Assembly (NCBI GenBank): GCA_016748015.1
Contig: JAAOMT010000093.1
Coordinates: forward strand, 1 to 41,652
DNA from: Geosiphon pyriformis uo1
Taxonomy: Eukaryota > Fungi > Glomeromycota
Direction: 5' to 3'
Length of the DNA: 41,652 bases
Below are positions 12,328 to 25,700 of the stretch, piece after piece. Position 1 is the stretch's first letter. Each line of letters opens with the position of its first letter. A program made the position numbers and the translations under genes. The notes under the pieces are model-generated. The model was not told where the DNA came from, did no database searches, and was given only the letters and a program-made list of their open reading frames with translations.

Positions 12328-13828
12328 TTATCTTTTTATAATTTGAAAAACTTCATATTCCTCGACAAAGAAATTCACCTGTTGATTTTCTGAACCAGGC
12401 ATTATAGCATGCTCATAATCTGTTTTCTTTTGACAAAAGCACCCTGGACTATTTTTATAGTCATTGCCATACAACCTAATATGGCCATTTCCAAAATTGG
12501 GTCCATAGTGTTGTCCATCATAAGGTCCATATGCGCCAACAAATTTGCTAAGTTTAGCATTTCCAGCATTGCCATCTCCAAGGGAAAAAATAAAACTTCC
12601 TTCTCCCTGCAACCAAGCGTTTTTAGAATGCCATGATTGTGGGTTATAGCCGCCAATTAGCTGACCAGTTCCTTTCACTTTGATTACGCTTACTGTTGCT
12701 CCTTTATCATCACATAATCGATGAAAATCGGCTGAAGTGAATCCGTCTCGACTGCCTCGAAGTGACAACTTAAAATCATTTGCAAGTTGATTTTCAAAAG
12801 ATTTATTTTCATCTTTGCCTAGAATCCAATGATCAAGCTGTCTTATATTATGCGATTGAAGAAGCTCTGAATCAATATTTGATCCGGAAAAACGTAATGG
12901 CTGAGCGTCTAGAGACTTTTGATGACTACCCGGTACGAGATAATGATGTAAAAGATCTTCATATAAAGTTCCAGGTAAGATTCTCGCAAATGGTTTTACT
13001 TTGTGATAGAAGTCAACTGAAGATATGTTAAAGAAGCGGATTAAAGGTAGAATTCTTTCAATGGATTCCTTAAAAGCGTTAAAGTTTTCATCTGTCCAGG
13101 TAAGAACTTCTTTCATCTGAATATTTTTATCCAATTTAGCGACTCCCCATTCCACAATCTTTTCCCATATCTTAGATTCTTCTATATTTAGGTCATCCCG
13201 AGTTAAAATTGAGGAAAGAGCATTTTCACTAAGGGAGTTGAAATCTTGGGAGTTGAAGACTATAGCTGAATTATTAACAATTATTTCGGTGCAAAAATTT
13301 TGTAACTTTTTGAAAGAATCATGCATAAATGAAGTTTTTTGCAAAGTGGCAAAATTTTCTTCTAGCTCTTTTGCATGGTGTTCAATCAAATAATCTTCAA
13401 GGGGATCAATAATTTTTTCTGGAATAAGCTCGTCAGCGGTGACAAGCAATTCTAAAATGGTAGATACTCCATGCTTATCAAGAGAAATTTCGCCGTTATA
13501 AATCTGTACAGGAAAATGAAAGATATGATTTAATGTTAGCTAAAATTCTTTAAAGCAAATGAAACTCTTACCTGAGAATTATTTCAAAAATATTAGGTGA
13601 AATATTAGGTTTATTGAAGATAATAGTATTATTTTCCCTTTTAATCCAATTGCCAGAGAGTGCTACAGCAAAATATGGTGATCTTGCTGCTAAAATTTGT
13701 GAATGACCATGAAAAGTCCTAATATTGGGCGCTTCGCCAACTATAATTCTAACATCAGAGAACTTCTGACTGTTAAATAGACTCCCGAAATCATTGGATA
13801 AAGCGTGAAAGAATTGCTGAGGTGCCAT
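12328..13828 (-). pseudogene. BTB/POZ-BACK-TLDc copy 2, inverted duplicate carrying a 4-bp deletion after the splice acceptor
   Basis: Exon 1 13828-13572, intron 13571-13504. Exon 2 starts ATTTATAAC where copies 1 and 3 have ATATATTTATAA, giving a stop at 13454-13452 (102-aa product). The downstream 373-codon BACK-TLDc frame is open. Could be a consensus error in an intact gene. Confidence 0.75.
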
Positions 13829-16549
13829 TAGTAAAAGATATAAAAAGCTTTTAATATTGATATTTCAATCTGCAGTCTTTAGGGGAAAAGGATTTCATAA
13901 AATCCAATCAGCGCTGATTTTATACTACAAGTAATGTGACCGACAGGTGACCTGTTATTTTTTAACTTGAATAATAAATTTTCTTTTTTAAAATCTCTAT
14001 CATCACAAATAAACAATCCAAAATTAAATATATAATTGAAATATAAAAATAAAAATTTTTAAAAATTGAATTCATTTGATAAAAACTTCGCAGAATACTT
14101 TAGAAAACTTTCAAAAATATAACAATAGAAAATCAAAATTTTTAAGAAAAATTTTTTTTAATTAATAATATATTTTTAGTATAAATTGTTAAATTTTGGT
14201 TTTATTCGTTTTGTTTTGTTATTTATTTTAAAAATGTAAAATATAAATATATATAATTAAAATAACGACAATATTATTGATTCTGAATAAGATGTTGCCT
14301 TGATATCAAATTCAGAAAATAAATAATAAAGTTATTAGTTATTTTTTTAAATTTACATTTTCACATTGGAATTTTTTGTTTTCATAAATTTTTGCTAAAT
14401 TTTTAATATTAATGCTTTTTATAAAACAAGCTTTTTTAACCATTTTTTGAGATCCAGTTTTTTTGATTTGAAAAATTTAATTTTACACCAAATTTGAGTT
14501 TTTCATATTTAATTAAATTTCTCATTGAATATAGCGAAAAAAAATTTTATTTTAAAACTTGAAATTATTTTTGTTGGATTGTATTGTCAAATAATATTTA
14601 TGAAAAGTAATATAAAAGTATACTCATGGAATCAAAAATTAATATATGTTAATAAAATATATAGGTGACATGATTTTTTGTTTGGTTAATATTTTATGCA
14701 TTGAAATAGAATCAAACAGAGTTATGAAAAAGATAATTTTTGCATATAATTTAGTGCTTAATATAATATATTTGTTCGTTAAAGGTATACTAAGTTTTTC
14801 TAACAATATTTCCAAGTAATTAATCTGTTAAATTAACATTCAAACCGATAATTCATTTTTTGTCAGATCTAACTAACAAGACGAAACTAAATAAATCGTT
14901 TTAAAGCTTTAGCAGTGCAATTTAAATATTTTTGAAACAGTTTAACCGGTTTTTAGTTGTTTTTCCCTTACGAATAAACCATTTTTCTAAATTCAAGATG
15001 TATAATTCCAAAAAACTTTAATTCCTTGTAGTTGAATATTTCTCAAATAACATATTGTTTAAATGAACTTGAATTTCATTTATAATTAAAGGTAACAGTA
15101 ATTTTTTTATTCATAAGTATTGTACATCCAAAGATCTGCCGCTATTTTCTCCGGTAGATATTATTCCTTGTAAAGAGCATGCATACAAAATGGTTTTTTT
15201 GAATGAAATTCGAGGCATTTAGAATTTGTGGTAACATCTTTAACTTGGGGCATTTTGCGTTTATTAATCAAAAAACTCTATTATGAGATCAATTAATTTC
15301 ATAATAAAGCAATGTAATTCTTTGAAAAAAAATAGTATTGATTTTTTAAATCTATAAAATCTATATTAATATTGACAGAAAAGAAAATTTTAAAATTTTT
15401 TATGTAACTTGCATTCTGAAATATTTCAAAAATTTATTTTTATTTTTTTAAAAATCTATTCTAAAATTAGAAACAGAAATTTAGGTGTTACAGAATGTAG
15501 GGGAATTTCGGAGAAAGTCCATAAAATAAAATAAACTGAAAAGACAGAGAAATTAAAAAATCCCGAGTTTTATTTAAAACAACGACTATAAAATGGAATA
15601 AACTTTATGAAGTTTTTCTTGAAAGCACTGATTTTATTTAGTTGTTTAGATTTTGAATTTTTGAGCTGTTGGTTTTTGAGTGTTAAAGACTTGTACAGAT
15701 ATAATATCTAAAGTTTAATTGTAAATAGCAAAACTATTTTTACATTTCAAGCACTTTACTAATTATACAGAACATATAATTTACTGCCAATATGCATATC
15801 AGACAGTCTCATGGTACAAACGTTTTACTTTTAATGAATTTATTCAAGTAGCTAATCAAATTTATTATAGTATTATTAGTCACAAATTTAAAATATAATA
15901 AGCGTAAAAACTGTTGAATCGTGGAGTAAGGATTAATTAAAGCCATGTTTAATTTTGGCAAGTCTTCGATGACAACAGAATACTTATGGAATTCAATATT
16001 GGTATTAAATATTAATTTCGATAACTTTAAAGAGAAAATTAAAAAAACTGCTTATTTATTAAAAAATGAATGAATAATTCAGGTTAACTCAATAAAGTTA
16101 GTCAACTGAAAAAAGATTTTTTTCTTAACGTATGATTTAATAGATATTTATTCATGAATCAAGTTTCTTTGTGCACCATTTCAATTTAATACTGATGAAA
16201 CTAGATTTCAATCGTAGAGTAATTATCATAATTAAAAAATTATGCGACAAAAATTGCTTAATTATGCTACAAAAATTTGTAAATACGCGTGAAAATTAAT
16301 GACCATCTGTTTAATTCTAGCTTTTACTGAGCTTGGTGTTAATATTTATTACAATTAGTTATTAAGTAGCCAGAATAAGGTCCAGCATGATCTTTAGGGT
16401 CAAGTGAAGTTTGATTATTAATTCAACCTGTTTTCAAGCATTGAGAAAGTTAAAGATAGCAAATTTCTTTTTTAAAATAAATCTTTTTCGTTTATTTTAA
16501 TATTAATAATAATAGTAATAGTAATAATAATAATTTTTTTATCAAATTA

Positions 16550-17690
16550 GGTATATTGTATCTAGCTTTCTCTAAAAGTCTTTTCTGGATGATATCAAAG
16601 GGTCTCACCTTTCGGAGTCAACCAAATTTCTGTGCTACCATAGACAGATTTTACATTCTTATATTCGGTAGATAATTTTGCCCTTGAATATCTGAAAAAT
16701 TCAAATGCTGCAAGTTGGGCGTACACTTTCAATGAAAAAATTTATTTAAGAAATTCTAAACATTTTGAAGATTTTTTTTTCAGAATGATATGGAATTAAC
16801 ATCAATACTATATCCCAAGAAAATCGAATACTTTAGTGATTCTGAATCGATTTATTTAACAAGTTTGGTAAGAGCCTCTTGTTGAAATCTAAGGTACTGT
16901 TTATAAATATTTTTGAAAACTTTGGTATCAGTCACTTTTGAATAATCTATTAAGACTGCTCCATCTTCTTCAGGGTTTTTTTTAATGATTCCTCACTCTC
17001 AGTAAAATTGATTGTGATTGAAGTTTTCCCTCACAATATCTCGACTTTTGAATTAAATTATAAAATTTTCGTTGAATTATGTTTAAAAAATTTATTGATT
17101 AAATCTTTTTCGGAAAAAATTACCAAAAATTAATTCGTTTGAAATTTTAGTTTTTTTTTGATAACAAATAACTTTATAAGCTAATCTAACAATAAATTTG
17201 AATGCATCTTTTTCTTTTGCACTTACTGGTGATACTTGTGAATCCTGAGCCGTCGATTCATGTATTAATTTGAGGCAAAGGTATTGGCTGATTCAGCAGC
17301 AGAAAAGGAGAATTTCGGTTATGAAATCGGGTAACCTTGATTGCTTGTGATTTGTGAAAGGCTGGTTTCAAGTAAGGCATGCACAAGTGCGGTGTTATCA
17401 ATAAAGCTTTTTAAATTTGTTTAATGAGCATCCTCTCCATTCATTTTTGAATTCTTTTGGCTCCCAAACATTCGACGACGGCAGAGGTTTATTTGAGAAT
17501 GAACCTTCACTATCATTTTGAATGAAACCATTGGACAAATTTATATATGAAAATGTTGGTTCATTTAATAAAACTTTACCTCCATTTTCAAATGAAAAAA
17601 AACCAACTAAAACGATATTACCAATGTTATTTTTAAAGGTTTACTTTTTTCTCTTCTATCCACTTCTTCATTCGCCTTTCGTCCACATTA
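16550..17690 (-). pseudogene. Degraded lipase class 3-like gene
   Basis: Minus-strand remnants LIDYSKVTDTKVFKNIYKQY..LVK*IDSESLKYSIFLGYSID, then an acceptor in the family-conserved position ag|(G)TG TAC GCC = VYAQLAAF, and TEIWL (cf. TEYWI). Internal stops; TFGQPR segment missing; boundaries approximate. Confidence 0.7.
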
Positions 17691-20505
17691 GTTATGTTTT
17701 TCTATAATGGTCAAAAAAGTAGAAATTAATAATGCCTAGAAGCAAAAATCTACTATGAAAAAAGTTAATTCTTTACTTTAAAAATATTATATGAATAAGC
17801 CAATTGTTCAAAAGCTTTTATTTTATTATTCAATATATTTTTAAAATATTTAAAAGTTTGAAATTTCTTATACATACATACGTTACATAATAGTTTCAAA
17901 AATAAAATAAAATTTTACTCAATTATATTGTGTTAAGATTTGTTTTGACAATTTATAGAACTTACATAAAAGGAATGGGAATATTTTAAAGTTTTTAAAA
18001 CTTATAAACTAATTTCTGGGATTATTAAAATGAAGATTTTTGATATATTTATATTCATGGTTTTTTTTATAATCAAAACAATTTTATACATATAAAGTAA
18101 ATAAAAATTTTAATCTAGCTTCGTTGTGTAATTACTTAATAGACAACATGGCAATAGACAATATATATCTGAGGTTAAAACATTCAAATAAAAATATGAA
18201 GTACGACCAAAAAAGACTATGATTTTTTTCTGCTGCCTATTAAAAGTTTCAATTCAAAGTTAGTTTTTGAAATTTTTAATTCTTTTAAATCTTAAATTTT
18301 GATAAAAGACTCAATTAATTGTCTTCATATAATTCTAGATATAGAATTTTAAAAACAAATACATAACAAATTTCAAGCTTAATAAAATATTTTTAAATAG
18401 CTTATTTATCCACCTTAAAGAATTGTGTGTCTTTGTATTCGTCATTTAAATTTTTGTGACTCATCATTATGTTTCTGAAACCGAAGTCCAATCAAAAATG
18501 GGATAATTTGATTTTTAATATAAATTTTCTAATTTATCATGGGTTTTCATTATTTTTTCAAAGTATAAATTTATTTGCCCACATTCATACAATTTTTGGT
18601 TTTTATAATTAAAGCTTTGAGCTTAATTTTTTAAAAAAATTCAGAAATCAAAGATTTTCCTGTTTAAAACATAGTTAAGGTTTAAGAAAACATCGATTTG
18701 AGGAAATATTTCAAACAAAGTAACTCCAATATGACATTTCAAATTAAAATTGAATTTTCAATATCCCTTAAAAAATATTTAGGTAGTTTAGCTTCAATGT
18801 TAAATTAATGTTTTCATTCAAAATATTAAATATACTTGACACTTATTTTCGTAAACTGATTGCTAATCTGGCATAATGAGTACAATAAAGCTTTTCTTAT
18901 AAATTTTTTTGCGTTTTAGAAAAAGTTTAGTTTAAATAATTTGACAAGAATTGTGGAGTTTCTGGATTTCGTTTTTTCTCCAAGGGAGATGAAAAGTTAC
19001 GAATAAGCTATTTTAATATCTTAAAATTATAACTCAAAAAAAGATTACACCTTATATTTTTTGAAATACTATAATTAAAGTTGTGGAAATAATGATGAAA
19101 TTCTATTAAAAATAAAAGAATTGCTAGCATAATATTTAAGCTTAAATAATTTAAAATATTTGGGAGATGAATCTAAACATGAGAAAATGTCCAATTTCGA
19201 CAAATATCTGAATGATCAATTTGAAACAATGCTTTTTTAATTTAGGAATAAAGAAATATTCTAAATTTCATTAATGAAAAAAGTACATGTTAAAACAGCT
19301 CAACCACAAGAGTTTTATAGTTTAGATTAGAGGAATCTAATTTAAGAACTTGACTAGAAAATCTCATGATTTTTACAAGTAGGAAACATATTTGAAAAAT
19401 ATTTTTATATACAACAGAAACCATTTTTGTTTTATGGATTAGATTTTTTAAATTAAGAAAAATTAGTCTTCAATTGATAATATAAAGCTAAAAGGAATAA
19501 AACAGATGAAAATCAAGAATTTTTAGATTCGTCTTTAAGAGCTAAAGTTGAAAAACCAGCATGCATCTCTTTAACAAGAGGGATTATGTAAAACCCTAAT
19601 ACAATCGATTACAGGTGATTGATTGTAATGGAATTTTCGAAATATTTATTCTACCCGTTAGCCTGAAAATTTCAAATAGCATTTGGTATTGCATAGAGAC
19701 TAACTATAATTCATTCTAATAATTTGAAACTTTTTTAACTTGATAAAGCTCTATACCGCCATTTTTCATCTTACTTTCTATGAATAAATTGCATGTCATA
19801 AGTAAAAAAAATTTTAAAAATAACTTTTTTACCTTTTATAATATTGAAGTTAATAGAGGCAATGTGTCCAAAATACATATTATTTATAATGAATATTCAA
19901 TATTTTAAAATTTATTCATCGATCAATAGCTATAGCAAAAGTATATGTGTCAAAATAACCATTTCTCAAATTCCATTAACAAAAAAAAATATATAAGATA
20001 GTTTTTTATAGCCAGAAATATCATTAGAAAGAATCGATTTTTGAATCATTTATCAATAAACACAATTGAGGAGTATTTTAAACGAAATCACATAAAATTG
20101 GGATATTTTTCTCAAGATCATAAAGAATCTTAAAAATCGCAGCAATAATAGCCTTAAAATGGCATGTGAGTGCTTATTTATAATAAAAAGACATTTGTTT
20201 TTTTAATTTACTATTTAATCAAAAGCAACTTGACAATCTTAGTAAAAATAAATGTTATAAGGTAGAAATGTTCAAGAAAAAGGGGATATCTACTGCGCAT
20301 TATTAAATAGTCAGCTAACTGTATTAAGCTATTAGCATTAAAAAAATTGTGGTAGAAAATCTATTACTGATAAATGTTCTAGGTCAAATTCTCCAGGAAT
20401 TAAAAAAACCCAGTAATAAAATGCCAAAACATCATAATCTCATCTAAATCCAAACTCCATTTGTTGTGACTCCATAGCATTTAAATTGTTAAAATTTTTA
20501 CCTAT

Positions 20506-20850
20506 GCATTTCGTATAAAGACAATAGATTATGAGCATGATATAATGCCTGTATCAAACAATCAAAAGAGAGATTTCTTTGTCGAAGTTTTTCAAATCAT
20601 AAAAAGATGAATTTACTTTTATTTAATTTCATTATAAATTATCTGAAGGTTTTACAATCTATCTTGGAAATTTTCACTAGCAGAATATTCTATAGCATTT
20701 TATTTTAAGCCCCACAATAAAGTTAAGATAATAACACTCTATCTAATTTAAATCAGAAACACTTTAGAACTTATAAATTTAATTAATAAAAAATTATATT
20801 TGAAGTTTAAGTTTTTATCACAGGCTTAAACCATAAAATACTCTTTAGTT
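20506..20850 (+). pseudogene. 3' remnant of another BTB-TLDc copy (last ~35 codons plus 3' flank)
   Basis: gtataaagacaatagattatgagcatgatataatgcctg..tttctttgtcgaagtttttcaaatcataaaaagatga and the following ~240 bp align to about 10400-10745, with a 9-bp deletion in the EEYE segment. Confidence 0.88.
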
Positions 20851-21201
20851 AAATAATATTTAATTTAAAATTTTGAATATTATAAAAACAACAACATATT
20901 ACCTATAAACTTTATTTTATTGATTTAATTAATAATTTGAAATATTGTAAATATATAAAGAAATATTTTATATAAAAAAAATCTCAAATTTATTGATAAT
21001 GTATAAAAAAATTATAAATTTATATTAATAATAAATTAAAATATTTTAAAAAATACGAAATAAATTTAAAATAATCCAAGTTAAATATGTTAAGATTTCT
21101 TGATATATTTATAGTTATTGTAAAAATAAAAATTTATAATTTATAAATAACTGTCAAATTTATACAAGATAACAAGCATGGTTGATTTTGTATTATTATA
21201 G

Positions 21202-22765
21202 CTAATCATTTAAAGTTCTTTTACAATCATTAATCTCTACGGACCAATATGGACCTTTATGGGTTGCCGATCCCAAACTTCCTAGACCCAGAGAATTTGA
21301 ACATTGCTAAAATGATAAAATGATAAAACAATGAAACGGATTAATACTGATTTTTTAAATTAGTCATTGTCAAATTCTAAGATATGCAAATAAATATTTC
21401 CTCATTTGCTTAAAAACTCACCGGATTTTCGCGCAGATATTTTCCAGATTGATCTTTTATTGCTTCACATTTAAAAGTATAAAATTGACTAATTCCATGA
21501 GATTGAATCCAATACTCTGTATCAAAATGTATATATCCTTGATGTATTTGAGGACTATGTGGAATAGAGTCATTGTCCAGAACAACTCGTCGCACAATTA
21601 GATTTTCTGTTACAAGTTTGGCAAAAGCTTTATCTCCAATACGAGGTTGCCCAAATGTATACACGTTAATATCTTTGGATCTAAATGATTGGCTTTGAAA
21701 TTTTAAGGCTAATGCTGTAAATATTGCATATACTAAATAAGAAGTAAATTATAAAAAGAAATTAAAAAAAGTTATTTTAACTTCTACTCTTCAAAACAAA
21801 AAGCATTAAAATAAAAATATTTTCTCTTTCTTTGAGATATATTTACATACCACCACCAGAATCAAACCCAGTCATACTTAAAGAAAAGTTTATATTCTTA
21901 TTTATCTCTGTTAACACTCGATCAATCAATACTTTTCGATGGTTTTGAAAAATTTTAAAAAATCCTTGATGAACTTTTGAAGATTGATCAAAAAGGTATT
22001 GAATTAATGTCATATCTCTAATGATATGATCCGCTGGTTCGTAACCACGAAAACTGAAAATTATTTCCGATTTCACCACATCTTTTTTTGCTATTACTAA
22101 AAAAAATATTATCATTTCAATTAATAATAGTTAAAAGAGTTTAGAAAATTTTTATGATATTTAAACTGAGTACCTTGAATATCATCAGAAGAATATATAA
22201 CTCGTTCGGCTTGCAAAGGTATACCACAATAAATACGTTTTGCGGATTTTCCGTATAATTCGATTTTTCCACTAACATTCTGATCAATTTCTTCCTTAAT
22301 TCCTCGATCTGGGTCAGCTTCAGTAAATAGTGTTCCATCATTTTGAAGTAGAAAAGGATTTGTATTTTCGAAGGAATTTGAAGCTAGTTGAAAATTTATT
22401 CCATCTTGACTTGATGAATCGACTGAGGATCCTTGTAAATTATCAGTTACAGATAGTGAAAGCGCCAAGTCACCTATCTCTTGTGAACTAGATATTCCAG
22501 CTAATGTTTTAACTTCTTGGTCATTATTATCAAAAAAATTATTACTAGAAATAAAAATAGGATCCAAGTTTAAATTGATATTATCGTTCAAAGGAAATAA
22601 TTCAAATGAATTATCCCTTTTAGAAATACTTGTGGATATAGGTTTTGCATATGCAATTGAATTTATGAAAAATAAGATTAAAAATATTGTAATGTTTCGC
22701 CGATTAAAACTTTGAAAGTAATCTTTGGATTGATACTTTCTTTGAGAGATAATATAATTAAGCAT
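21202..22765 (-). CDS. Lipase class 3-like protein B (~417 aa), Asp at the nucleophile position
   Basis: Exons 22765-22174, 22096-21851, 21732-21422, 21306-21202, in frame. Motifs FSFRG, KVHQGF, TGFDSGG|VYA, YTFGQPRIG, DSIPHSP, YIHFDTEYWI, CSNS, HKGPY. Signal-like segment ITIFLILFFINSIAYA and a KR site. Confidence 0.92.
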
Positions 22766-25700
22766 AGAGAATAAATAATTAAAGAGATTTTTTCAATGGA
22801 TTTGTATTGTTGATTTTGAATTGAGAATGAAATAAACCTGCAAACAAAAAAAAATTTATCATATTTATAAGTTTCAGCTAAATAAAAATTTAAAAGCTCA
22901 TTTTGTTTTATTTAAAAAAGACTCACTTGAAAAAGAAAGTTTCTAATTTATCCTAAAATTTTAAGAGTTAATCCATTATCAGAAACACTTTGGTAGTTTT
23001 CTTTGAATTTTTTTGATATAGATATGGTTTTTGGTACTTTGAATTTTCCTAAACTATAGTCTATGATATTCAAACTCTTTCTTTTCCGAAATATTAGGAG
23101 GTTATTCGAGACTGTGAATGGAAAAACATTAAAATTATTAGTAAGTCGATTCGAACGCGGAATACGTCCCCGCTGGTGCGAAATTGATTTTAGAGTAAAA
23201 ATATATTTTAGACGACTAAAAGCCTATTATTTATTTTTAATAAAATGTCTTAATTTGATATTTTGAAATTTGAAATTATTTTGTCATCGGAAAAACTTTC
23301 TTTATCTTTGAGATATAAAATGTATATAAATTTAAAGTGCAAGAATAACTGTGTTAAAATTTTTTATCACTAGATAAAAGTCCGTGGTACACGTATATCC
23401 TTCTCATGTTTTAAGAAGCATTGGATATTTCATTTAACTATTATTCTTGGAAAAGAATTTGAAATAACTTAATTTTCTTCAAGATATTTCAATTCCATAA
23501 AAATTTAGAGATAATTTTGCTATTAAAAGATTTCTTGGTTTCCTATTAATGTGAGAGAAAGTTGCCATTGAGGCTTTAAGTTTCAATTAAATTTCTTTCT
23601 TTCTTCTGTAAAAAAAAGAGCTTAATTTTTCAAGTCTTTAATAGATGAAACTAATTTAAAAGATCAAGAGATAAAATAGCTAGCCAAGAATTTTTGAAAT
23701 TTTCAACCAAATATTTATTGAAGTTAGTCAGATTTTTTCCAAGACTTATTAGTCATGAAACTAAAAGAATAAACAATGGTATAATAGTATTTAAGTTGAA
23801 CTTCAAATCTTTTTTTGTGCAAGATCAATTCTGTTCTGTATTCTTATGATTAATGATTTTGAACACATTACCATGATAAGGAATATCAAAAGTTTCTATC
23901 TAAATGTAATATCTAGCAAGATAAAGGATTAAAAATAATTTTTTTGCGATGGAAGAAAGCTAATAAGAAAATAATTTAATAAAAAGAAAAAGATATAACA
24001 ACTATTATAAACGTTAAAAAGCCTATTAAACATGCTATCTTTCTTTCAAAAAATTACCAACTTTCCTGGTGTACAAAATATTAACAAAGGACATAATCTT
24101 TTATTTAGATATTCTAGTTATATATAACTACACTTTTATATTAGATCTCAATTCCTATGATTGCGGCTTTACCAATCAATGCGAGTAACTTTTCAAAAAG
24201 AAAAATTTCCTTGGAGACGGCAAATGAAACCTTTGGGCGAAAATTCCAGCCCCTCAATTTTCATAACTCGTCTTCTTTTGAAGATTCCTCTGAATTGATT
24301 TCATTTATTTCTGGACTAATATAATAATCTGTAAAATTCTAATTCAAACTTTATATTTTTATAAGAGATTGAATAAAACTAATGAGTAAAAAAGAATATT
24401 TTATTTTATGTCTTTTTTAATTCATTGAATTCAAATTTTTTGTTTCAAATTCAATTTATAAAAATACATTAAATCAAATTTTTGATAAATACAATTAGAT
24501 TTTGAAGGGAAATAAAAAAATCAACTAGTCTACCTTGTGTTTTAAATATATAGTGCATGCAAAATGAACAAAATAAAAATTATAATTTATTTGAATTAAG
24601 TGACATGCTTGTTATTACATTTATCTTATTTTATTTAGAAAGAGGACAAATTTGGATTATTTGCATTTTTAAATTTAAATTTGCCTTTTTTTTCAATCAT
24701 TCTTTATATAAATTTATATTGGATAAAACCAAATAATTTGAATTCATAATAATTTTTACATCGACGTAAACAATTAAAAAAAAGTTATAAAGAATTATAA
24801 AACGCCAACTTTAATTTATAATGAACAACCCGTGGAATTTTTCAGGTAAAAGAAAAAAGGAAAATATTGTTAAAGAGCTATTTTTATTGTCGTGAACAAC
24901 AAATTTTCCCGAAAAATTTTGCTAGCAAAATTCTCAAGATTTAAAACATTTCTCCATTTTTGAATAATAAAAGATTTAATTTTGAAATATCTAAAAAAAT
25001 CAAACCATTTTTAAAAAATACTATTACAACTAAATATTTTGCTTGAAAACACTATTTGGAACATTTTTTTAAATTTTGAACTTTATTATTCCAGTTTAAA
25101 TGATAAAAAAGTAGTGTTCAAACAAAAATCTGACCATCTTCAAATTTTTGTTCAGCATATATCACAATAGCAGTTTTAGTTTCACTTTCCTGAAAGTCGC
25201 AAAAAAAGGTATTTTCATAGGATATATTGCCAAACCATTAGTTCAAATCCTTTGATTACAAACTATTATCAAAAAAATTTTGACAATTACGTCTCGGCAT
25301 CTTTGAACCCAGGTTTAAAATGATAGTTCGATTACTTCTTTATGTGAGATAATTTTTTGTTAATTCAAATGTTGATATAGACGAAATGAGGTTATATCCC
25401 AGAATTTATAAGTAATTCCTGTATAAAAAAAATCCCAACTATTAAGAGCGGTTTTCAAATATTTTCATTTAAAAAACCAATAAATCATGTCTATCTTTTC
25501 TCATTTTTATAAAGTAATATTCAAATGAACCAAAAATTTTTATAATATTTTATTTAATTTTCTATATTGTTCAATTTTAGGAAGCTTGTAAATTTCTTTA
25601 TATTTAATTTTTATTGCAAAATGGCAAATTTTATGGAAAGAACCATAAAAAAAAAGTTTCCTTTAGTTATCAAATAAGAGTTTCTTTGTTTGAAATGTGA

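Noticed and set aside
10182-13031. Short alternative-frame and antisense ORFs over the BTB-TLDc genes
   Set aside because: Shadows of the real CDS, repeated only because the gene is duplicated.
14850-16450. Coding-like patches, possibly decayed gene or TE
   Set aside because: No assignable homology by eye.
18400-20450. Coding-like plus-strand patches
   Set aside because: Multiple stops and no recognisable domain.
23400-25450. Probable pseudogene fragments (e.g. minus strand DYYISPEINE..GWNFRPK)
   Set aside because: Cannot assign a family or boundaries.
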